Assembly (NCBI GenBank): GCA_016186955.1 | Contig: JACPKP010000003.1 | Span: 2,290-66,289 of the forward strand | Reading direction: 5' to 3' | Length of the DNA stretch: 64,000 bases | From: Candidatus Daviesbacteria bacterium | GTDB taxonomy: Bacteria > Patescibacteriota > Microgenomatia > Daviesbacterales > UBA10151 | Part shown: one piece after another, positions 9,818 to 19,900 of the stretch | How the letters are laid out: every line of letters starts with the position of its first letter | How positions within the stretch are numbered: position 1 is the stretch's first letter | Position numbers and translations under genes: made by a program | The notes under the pieces: generated by a model | The model's database searches: none | What the model saw: the letters and a program-made list of their open reading frames with translations, nothing else | What the model was told of the DNA's origin: nothing

Positions 9818-9970
9818 ACGTCATCGCGAGCGACCGAAGAGAGCGTAGCGATCTTATTGTCTAAACGCAATACCACAACCGTTGAGGTTGTGGATGAAGT
9901 TTTTACGAGCAAAGCGAGTACTCCTTAATTAGATTGCTACGTCGCTCGCTTTGCTCGCTCCTCGCAATGA
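9818..9970. repeat. Intergenic imperfect inverted-repeat (MITE-like / structured RNA) element with GTCAT...ATGAC termini
   Basis: Left arm 'cgtcatcgcgagcgaccgaagagagcgtagcgatc' is ~80% complementary to right arm 'gattgctacgtcgctcgctttgctcgctcctcgcaatgacatcg'. There is a central perfect hairpin 'ccacaacc-gttgagg-ttgtgg'. It lies between convergent genes. Arm-like half copies occur in-frame at 13500-13541 and 23966-24006. Confidence 0.6.
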
Positions 9971-10011
9971 CATCGGGTTTTGGAATAGTCTCTAGTCAGT
10001 AGTCTGATAGC

Positions 10012-10317
10012 TTAGATTAACTGTTTTAGTTCAAAGTCAGGGAAGAGGAGCCTTTTTAGGTCCAACTGATGCTTTTGTCCTATTTGCAGGGCTTCCAGGA
10101 CTGTTTTTACGCCTTGCAGGTTAATGCCCCGCTCATGGGTTAGAAATTTTACAAACTGCAGCTCTTCCAGGTTTTTGATAGAGTACATCCTCCTGTTTGT
10201 CCCTGTCCGAAATGGCTTAAGGAAACCCTCATTTTCATAAAGCATCAGGGTCCTCGGATGCAGTTTTAATAAACTTGAGGCTACAGAGATTGTTAAGATA
10301 GGTTCTTCTGTGCGCAT
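10012..10317 (-). CDS. MerR-family HTH transcriptional regulator
   Basis: 101 aa. The N-terminal 'ILTISVASSLLKLHPRTLMLYENEGFLKPFRTGTNRRMYSIKNLEEL' matches the MerR HTH (..TLR.YE..GL..P.R...g.R.Y). Divergent from the giant gene across a 650-bp AT-rich region. Confidence 0.7.
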   Translation of the reverse strand: MRTEEPILTISVASSLLKLHPRTLMLYENEGFLKPFRTGTNRRMYSIKNLEELQFVKFLTHERGINLQGVKTVLEALQIGQKHQLDLKRLLFPDFELKQLI

Positions 10318-10972
10318 TGTAAAAAATCAATAAACTATTTTGATAAAAAGATTATACCACTATTATCAATACCTTAAAAACCATTATTTTTCTGTCAGCC
10401 AATTTTATGTAATAATTTTATATATTCTCAAGGCAAAAACTTCAATCCCCAAAAAGATTTATCAACCGTTTTAAACAGTAAAATATATATTACCATAACA
10501 GCTGGAAACAAGACTGTCAATTAGTAAGTTAAGCAATAGCCAAACCGAATGCTTTTGGCTTATTTTTTTAAGCGGTTTTTACTGAAAATAGGCTTGTGAA
10601 AAGCATGAAAATGGTTTCAGTCTTTTAGTTTATGTATATAACCCTGAGTTTATATACTTTTTTGGCTGGAAATAAAATTATAAAGATAACAAACAGGGTA
10701 ATAAGTTAGCACAAAAAACAGGATCAAAACAGATCAGTAAATAAAATTGTTATTAAAAAATCTTTATTATTATAAGACCTTTTTTGTATAATCAGTTATA
10801 TCCTATATTTTTTTAAAAAAAATTAGCCTCAAATTAGCCTCAAAACCTCAAATTTACCTTAAAGCTGATACTTTATTCAAAAAAGGATCTATAAAAAAGA
10901 CTATTGACCTCTGTACCCACTTGGTGTTAACATGGAAAATGAAGCTAAAATATACTCAGAAGTGTTTACAAA

Positions 10973-13900
10973 ATGTCTGCCAAATTAACTGCCAAGGAGC
11001 GCACAAAAGTTATTAAAAGGGCCCTGAAGGGGGAAAACATCTCCGGGCTTTGCAGGGAATATAAAATCTCCCGCACCCTGCTTTACCGTTGGATCAACCG
11101 CTGCAAGCTTGCACAAAAAAAACGTGAGGAAAGACAACTTAGGCCCCAGGACAGGCAGGAGATGATTGAAAGGGTCAAACTGGGGGAGAATGTTGCAAAA
11201 GTTTGCTCTTTATATAATGTATCAAGGACTGCCTTTTATAAGTGGCTGGAAAGGTATGAGCAGGCGCCTGAGGGTCATAAACTTGAAGCTTTATGGGATA
11301 AACAACCCAAAGTAGAACGGTATTTTAATCAAGCTTCAGAGGAATATGAAGAAGCAGTCCTGTCTGCAGTCCGGGAGTATCCAGAGCTTTCATCCCACAA
11401 ACTGGTTTGGGCTTTGCCCCAGGTTGGCGGTAAACCTATATTATCCAACCATGGCGTCCAAAATGTCCTGAAAAGGCATAGCTTAAATACTTATGGACTA
11501 CGCTTGGCATATTCAAAAGCCTACTACAAACCAACCGCACTCTCGCGTTTTTTTGCTTTCATCCAATCTGTTTTGGCAGCCGTTACTGCCCAGCCGGCCC
11601 AAAGAAGGAATGTCCTGGTGCGGGGCAGCTTTGTTTTTGCCCTGACAATCTTTTCCCTGGTTACGGTTTACGGATTATTCTCGCTCTCCAGATTGGTTTT
11701 GGGGGCGGGTGGTGTGGCACTTTCGTTAGGCTTAATACTTTCCCTGATAGCCTTGGGTTTTGGCATGTTTTTCTTCCTCTATTCGCTTAAATACTACATT
11801 ACTATAGCAATGGTGCTGTCATTTTCCAGGAGAAGCGATGAAGAAAATCTCAAATCTCAAAACTCAAATCTAAAATCTGCATCTCAAATCTTAAATCCTA
11901 ATCATCAAAGAAAGTCATTTCTGCAAAACATTCAAGGTACAGGCCGGGATGATGTTATCAAATATCAGGGCGGGTTGGGGCTTAAAGCAGATTTATCAGG
12001 TGTAATTTTAGACAGGCAGCCTTTTGTCTCCATCCACTTGGCTACATATAATGAAAAAAGGGTTTTGGAAAGGTTGCTGACAGCAGCAACCGCCCAGGAA
12101 TATGAAAACTACGAAGTAGTCATAGTTGATGATTCAACAGAACAAGAAAGCATAGATATTTTAAATAAATGGAAAAAACACCCCAGGGTTAAAGTCATCC
12201 ACAGGGAGAGCAGGGAAGGGTACAAGGGGGGGGCGCTCAGGGAAGCTTTAAAAATTAGCAGCCCGCGCACGGAGTTTGTCCTGGTATTTGATGCTGATTT
12301 TATACCATACCCGGATACAATTACCTCATTTTTGAAGTACTTCAAGCTCACAGTTGGGAACCTGGAAACAAAACATTCAACCTCTAATGTCGCTGCAGTG
12401 CAGGGCTACCAGTGGCATGTGCTCAATAAATCAGAAAACTGGATTACCAGAGGGGTAAAAAGCGAATATTCCGGTTCTTATGTCATCGAAAGGTCAGGTG
12501 AGGAGCTGTATTCAGGGTTAAAACAGATTGCAGGCTCGGTATATATGATCAGGGCGGATGTGTTAAAGGAATTGGGTTGGGGGACATCAATTACTGAGGA
12601 TTTCCAGCTGACATTAAGGCTTTATGAAAGGGGATATAAGGTAGTCTTTACCCCATACATACAGGCCCCGGCAGAGGCAGTCTCCACCATCAAAAGGCTA
12701 ATCCGCCAGAGGATGAGGTGGGCAGAGGGACATTCACATAACATCAAAAAGATGCTGATCCCGCTGCTAACCTCAAAAAACCTGACTTGGGCTGAGAAAT
12801 TTGAGGTTTTATACTTGACCCCATATTACCTGCAGGCAGCTTTTTTCATCTTCGGTACCCTGTGCTGGTTTCTGGCTGAGGTGGTTTTCAGGGTCACATT
12901 GCCATTTTGGACTTCCACCTGGGGTTGGTCCCTGGTTTTGACCAACCTGTTTGCCCTGCCCCTAATGAACCTGGTGGGGCTGTTTTTGGAAGAGAGTAAT
13001 GAAAAAGACTACCTGGGGCTGCCTGCCTTTATGGCCCTCTCTTATGTGGTTGCGCCTTTCCAGGGCTATGCAGCCATCAAAGGGTTTTTGGAAAAAGAGG
13101 AAGGGCCATGGTTTAGGACCCCCAAAACAGGCAGGATTACAGATGTCTTTACCCCGGGAAAGTTGTACAAGTTTGTATTTGGCTGGTTGGGTAAAACAGT
13201 CAAACATTCTGCCAATCCCGCCATAGGCCAGATCAACAGGATGTATTCCCAGGAGCAGCTGGCCGAGTTTGCTGCCATGTCGGAAGATAATGTCACCCTG
13301 AGTGAAACGAAGGGTATAAATATATCCTTCGCTAACGCTCAGGATGACAGGGGAAGAATATATCAAACCCAACCAAATGTGGTTGTCCTGGCTATATCAA
13401 AGGCAGTCAGCAAATTAACCGTAAACCAATTTTCAATTTTTATTTTTCAATTTTTAATGAATTTTCAATGGTTCAAAAGATTAAATTCAAAATTAAAAAA
13501 GATTGCCGCGTCGCTCGCTTTGCTCGCGCCTCGCAATGACGGAGGGAGGAGTCCTCATCTGGCTGTTTCCTCCTCCTTTAACACCTTTAATTACTTTAAA
13601 TCCCTTAACAGCCTTAACCACCCTGTCCCTGCTCCCAACAGGCTGGTGGGAAAAATAATCCTGGCCTCTTTTGTTATTGTGTTTATCCTGTTAAACCAGG
13701 CAGCGCTGTTTAACCAATACACTGTAGATTTGCGCCATATGAGTATCAAGGCAAAAGAAGGGGGCCCAATCTCCAGGAAACTGGCTGCCGGCGCACCCCT
13801 GCCCATAGACCCCACGATTGAACAGCAGATTAATATCACCACCCAGGAATATTCCACCCAAAGCATAACAGATATGCCCACAGATAACTCCTTAGGCCTG

Positions 13901-16900
13901 GTGCGCTACACTGCAGCCTCATATACCTCACCCACCACTTATTTTGAGGCAGTCATCAAAAACTCCAACTCCTCAACCACCACTGCTTCCTTGTATGATT
14001 CAACAGGGGCTTATGTGGCAGGCTCAGCTGTCACAGCCACAGGAGCAACATATACCAGGGTCAGGAGCGCTGCAATTACCCTGACCACAGGTACTGATTA
14101 TACTGTCAGACTTAGGTCCTCGCCGGGAAACGGCGCCATATCTTCAGGCACAGCCTCAATCATCGCAGCCAGGATTATAGTGGTCCAGGCCACTGATTCC
14201 AATATTACCAACACCGAGACCCAGGTAGAGGTGGGGGATAATGAGACTACCAGCAAAGTAGACCTAACCCCGCTTTCAAACCCCAAGTATTTTAAGTTTG
14301 ACCCCACCAAATATGATGCAGGCTCTATCACAGCATATTTTGAGGCAACTTTAAAGGCAAGTAATAATACACCCGCTGCTACCTCTACCGGCCCCAATAG
14401 TCCATCTTCCTGCGCTGATGACGGGGCAGTTGGGACACTCACTTGGACTAATGATTCAAATGCTACTGCCCAGGACGACCAGACTGCCGTAATGCAAGGT
14501 ACGGATAATGGAACATCAGAATATGAGGAGTGTGTAGGTTTTAGTTTCAACCTGGCACCAACGGACACAGTAGCTGGGGTGCTTTTGGAGGCGGATATCT
14601 ATTCAAGCGGGACATCAACGCGGCCGATCATTGATAATTCTGTCAAATTGTCTCAGGCAGGCACAATTACCGGCAATGATCAGGCTACAACAGACGCCTG
14701 GCCTACCTCAGATACTGACACCTACACCTCATGGGGTTCATCAAGTAACCTTTGGGGGGTAAGCTGGACACCTGCCGATATCAATGACCCAAACTTTGGG
14801 GCAGGTATCTCAGCCCGCAAGACTACTACCGCAGGGAATCCCGGAACCGGCAAAATTGACCATGTCAGGATGACAGTTTATTATACCCCTGCTGCCGCTG
14901 CACAAACAGCCACAGCGGAACTTTACAACAGGACAGACGGCCTGGCTGTAACAGAATCATCAGTTTCCACATCAAACCTTACCTGGACAAGGGCACGTTC
15001 ATCAGCCCTTTCCACCAATTGGGATACCACCAATGCTGATGAGTATGAGGTCAGGGTAAAAACATCAGACACAACAGCCAATGCCTCCATAGCCAATGCC
15101 AAGGTAGTATTGGTGCAAAATGTGGCCGGGGGGATTGGCAATGTAGAACTATACCATAACTATATCAATGCCCCAGAGAGTCAAAACAGCGCATCGGTTG
15201 GTACATTTAGCACTACCAACCAGGGGCAGATACCGTTAGTAAGGATGCAGGGGAGCTCTGTTATAAACACCATTGGTTCTTCCACCTACGTTTATGTTTT
15301 AGGCGGTTGTAATGCAGCTTGCTCCAGCACCACAGACACGTCCACAGTTTATAAATCAACTATCAATAATGTAACCGGGGATGCCGGTGTGTTCAGCACT
15401 ACTTCCCAGGGCCAGTTGGTTACAGAAAATAGTGATAATGCGGTTGTTACATCATCCTTGGGCGGGACTACATATATATATGAAATCGGGGGGGATAACG
15501 GGGCGAGGAAATCTACCGTATACAAAGCAAGTATCAACTCATCAGGTGATATTGGAACTTTTGCTACCACCAGCCAGGGCCAGATGCCAGCGATATTGGG
15601 TTCTATATCATCAAACAGTATAACAGTAGGTCCTTCCTCATATATTTATATATTGGGGGGTGCGCCTGCAACCGGCCAGTCTTCCACTGTCTATAAATCC
15701 ACCCTAAACTCCTCAAATGGTGATGCAGGCGCTTTTGCCACCACCTCCCAGCAACAGTTGCCTATAAAAGTTAGGGACCACACGTCGGTTTCTACAACCG
15801 TCGGCCCATCTACATATATTTATGTGGTTGGCGGGGAAAGCGCTGCTTTCAGTAGCGCGGTTTACAAATCCACAATTGACAGCTCGGGGGATGTCAGCGC
15901 TGTTTTTGCCACCACCTCCCAGGGGCAGTTACCGCAAATAAGCAGCCAACATTATGCAGTCCTTACTGCAGTTGGCCAATCAACTTATTTATATACTATG
16001 GGAGGAAGCCCGGATGGCGGGACTACGGTTGTCTCCACTGTCTATAAATCCACCCTTGACAGCGCCACAGGTGATCTGTCAACTTTTAGCACCACTAACC
16101 AGCAACAACTGGTTCCGCTTACTTTTGGTCTGTCAGCTAATGCTGCGTTGGTAGGCCCCTCCACCTACCTGTATGTTTTAGGGGGGTACAACGGCAGTAG
16201 TGCTCTATCTACTGTCTACAAAGCCCCCCTCTCCAATGATTTTGACTCTTTTGGCTATAACAACCTGTACAATTCTAATGACTGGATAGGGGGGACATTT
16301 ACTTTTTACCAGGAATCAACCCTAAAACAGACTCAGGCAGGCGTGACAGCCAACTCCAGGCTTACCCCGGGGGGGATTGGCAATGTCTCATCAACCCTGA
16401 TGCCCAACGCTGCAAATGGCAATTTCGGGGTTTTTGCCACCACTTCCCAGGGACAGGTGCCAGAAATTAACTCCAACTTATCCAGCAGTACAGCGATGGT
16501 TAACGGGTCAACATATATTTATGTTTTAGGCGGTAATAATGACAGTGCAAACCAATCCACAGTATATAAGTCCACTGTCAATTCTACAACAGGTGATGCA
16601 GGCGCTTTTGCCACTACCTCCCAGGGACAGCTGCCCCAAATCTTGGAAGGTTTACAGACGCGTTCTTTGGCAGTGGGCAGCTCCACTTATATATATACCC
16701 TGGGTGGGTACACAGGGACAGCATATAAATCTACTGTCTATAAATCCACGCTGAAAGCAGCATCAGATAGCACCAATGGTGATGCAGGCGCTTTTGCCAC
16801 CACCTCCCAGGCCCAGTTGCCGCTTACCAATGGCAACTTTGGCAGCACAATCCTGACTTCAGGCGCCTCAACCTATATTTATGTTATAGGCGGTGCCAGT

Positions 16901-19900
16901 ACCGCCTCCGTTTCTTACAGCACTAATTACAAAGCGCTAATAGACCCTACAACCGGTGATATAGGCGCTTTTGCCACCACTTCCCAGGCCCAGTTGCCGG
17001 CAGCAGGACAAAGGCTTGGCGTAACCTCAGCTGTGATCGGGCCGTCTTCTTATTTATACGTAGGGGGGGGTTGCAGCGGTTGCGGCACCCCTGTGTCAAC
17101 TTTTTATAAAGCCACCATCGACCCTACAACCGGTGATATCGGGACATTAGCTACCACTAACCAAGCGCAGCTGCCTACTGCATTGCGCCAGTTCAATATT
17201 ACATCCACCATTGTCGGCCCTTCTACCTACCTGTATGTTTTCGGGGGCTGCACAGGTGGCGTAAGCTGTGGTAACCAATCCACTGTCTATAAATCCACCC
17301 TAAACTCCTCAAATGGTGATGCCGGCACATTTGCCACCACCTCCCAGGGGCAGCTGGCCCAGCCTCTGATTTGGGTTGGCGGGTCAGGGGCAATAGCTTC
17401 AGCCGGGCCGTCAACTTATTTATATGTATTGGGCGGGCTAAATACATCAAGCGTTTCTATATCCACTGTCTATAAATCAGCCCTGCAGCAAAACCCTTAT
17501 GAACGCCAGCGCTCAGGGGATATCACAAGCTATCTTAATGGGTCACTTGCAGCCAATGCCGGCACATTTGACACCACCAACCAGGCCCAGCTGCCAAAAA
17601 TGTTTCGTCAGCATTCAGCAGTTTCAACGCAGATAGGTAACTCAACATATGTTTATGTGTTGGGTGCATTTACGGATCTTTCTAGTGTATTATCCACAGC
17701 CTACAAATCAACTCTGGATAATAATACTGGTAACCTTAGCCTTTTTAATACAAGTAATCAAGCACAATTATTACAAGCTTTCAGGTTGGCAGCAACCACT
17801 TCTTTGTCAGTTGGTGTATCAACCTATGTTTATGTTCTAGGAGGTTTTACATCCTCTGCAAATATATCAACAGTATATAAAAGTACTATCAATAGCGCCA
17901 CGGGGGATTTGGGAACATTTGATACTACTTCCCAAGGACAAGTCCCACAGGCATTGCGGTCACACACCATAAATAGCGCCCAAATAGGCGTCTCAACATA
18001 TATATATGTTTTGGGAGGAGTTAATACAGGAGGAAGTGATATTTCAACAATTTACACCTCTACGGTCAATAGCGCCACGGGGGATTTGGGAACATTTGAT
18101 ACTACTTCCCAGGCACAGTTACCTAGGGTTGGATCAAGCTTTGCCTCAATTACACAGTCAGTTGGCCCATCAACATATCTTTATGTAATTGGAATACAGG
18201 GCAATACTTCTGTCTATAGGTCCGTAATTAACAGTACTTCAGGTTATTTAGGGGTGTTTGATACAACATCTCAAGGTCAGTTAGTGCAAAATACCACTCA
18301 ACATAGTGCAATTGCAACTGTTTTAGGGCCATCAACTTATATTTATGTATTGGGAGGAAGCAGTATGTCGACAATATACAGAGCAGCGTTAAATTCAAGC
18401 ACTGGAAATATCAACACGTTCACTACTACTTCTCAATCACAACTACTGAACATTTCCCGGGAAAATACTGCAATTATTGCGAATACCGGCCCTTCTACTT
18501 ATATATTTCAATTGGGTGGTTTTGATAATGGGAGTTCAACAACATTTTCAACAGTCTATAAATCAGTCCTCACAGAAGACCTGACCCCGGGCAATTTAAA
18601 TGTTATCCAGACCACTTACCAGGGCCAGCTTCCCGCTGCCCTTTCTTCCCATGCCACAGTTGTCGGGCGGGACCAGGGCGTAAATTATATCTATCAGCTG
18701 GGGGATAACCCCGCATCAACTGTCTATAAATCTGCCATAGATGCCAATGGTTACGCCGGCACCTTTGCCACTACCAACCAGGCCCAGCTTACCCAAACCT
18801 TGAAAAACCTCCAGGCAGTCTCTGCCAGTTATGGCGGCACTACCTATATCTATACCATAGGCGGGGACAACGGCAGCGCCATTACCTCAACAGTCTACCG
18901 GGCCAATTCAAATGGCACCAGCGGGAATTTAACTGTAGCTTTTGCAACAACCAGCCAGGCCCAACTGCCCCAGGGCCTGCAAAACCACCAGGCTGTGATA
19001 GGTGCAACCTCAGGTGACAACTATATTTATGCTTTGGGGGGGTGCAACTTAACTGGTTTTTGTGCTGCATCCAGCACCCAATCCACTGTTTATAAAGCAA
19101 ATATTAAAGTCTCTGCAGATGCCCAAACCTTTGCCACTACCAGCCAGAAACAACTGCTTAAAATTAGTGAGGCGCCTGCTTCTGTTACTGCCACAATGGG
19201 GTCTTCCACATACGTTTATGTATTGGGAGGATATGATCAGGGCGGTGTTATAAACTCTACTGTCTACAAAACAACCCTCAATTCCACAACCGGTGATGCA
19301 GGCGCTTTTGCCACTACCAGCCAGGGGCAATTAGTCGTTGGTTTACAGTACCAATCAGCTTTGGTTTCAACAATTGGCTCCTCCACCTACCTTTATGTTT
19401 TAGGGGGGTATAATGGATCTGATCTCTCCACTGTCTATAAAACAACCCTAAATTCCACAACAGGTGATATAGGCGCTTTTGCCACTACCAACCAGGGACA
19501 ATTAGTGCAAATTAATGAGTCGCACGCCTCTGTTACTACCGCAGTAGGCCCCTCAACCTATGTTTATGTATTGGGGGGAACCAGTGATGGTGGCACAACT
19601 ATCTTCTCCACAGTCTATAAATCCACCATAAATTCCACAACAGGGGATATAGGCGCTTTTGCCACTACCAGCCAGCAACAGCTGCCGGCGCTGAGAGAGA
19701 AACTTGCTTCTTTTGTAGCCGCAATGGGCCCCTCAACTTATGTTTATGTACTGGGAGGGGCTGAAGCCAGCGTCAAATCCACAAACTATAAGGCTACTTT
19801 AAATGCCTCAGGGGATATAGGCGCTTTTGCCACTACCAGCCAGGGACAGTTGCCAAATATTATATATATGCATAGCGCGATCACTTCAACTATTGGTTCT

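Noticed and set aside
10973-11480. An IS481/IS3-family insertion sequence at the start of the giant gene
   Set aside because: Only the HTH N-terminus is present, continuous in frame with the GT2. There is no DDE transposase domain, no terminal inverted repeats, and no target duplication.
12109-19330. Numerous 60-160-aa ORFs on the minus strand or in alternative frames within the giant gene (e.g. 12962-13372, 14098-14568, 19049-19330)
   Set aside because: They are embedded in a continuous 3654-aa frame with clear domain content and lack signatures of their own. They are artefacts of long repeat-rich coding DNA.
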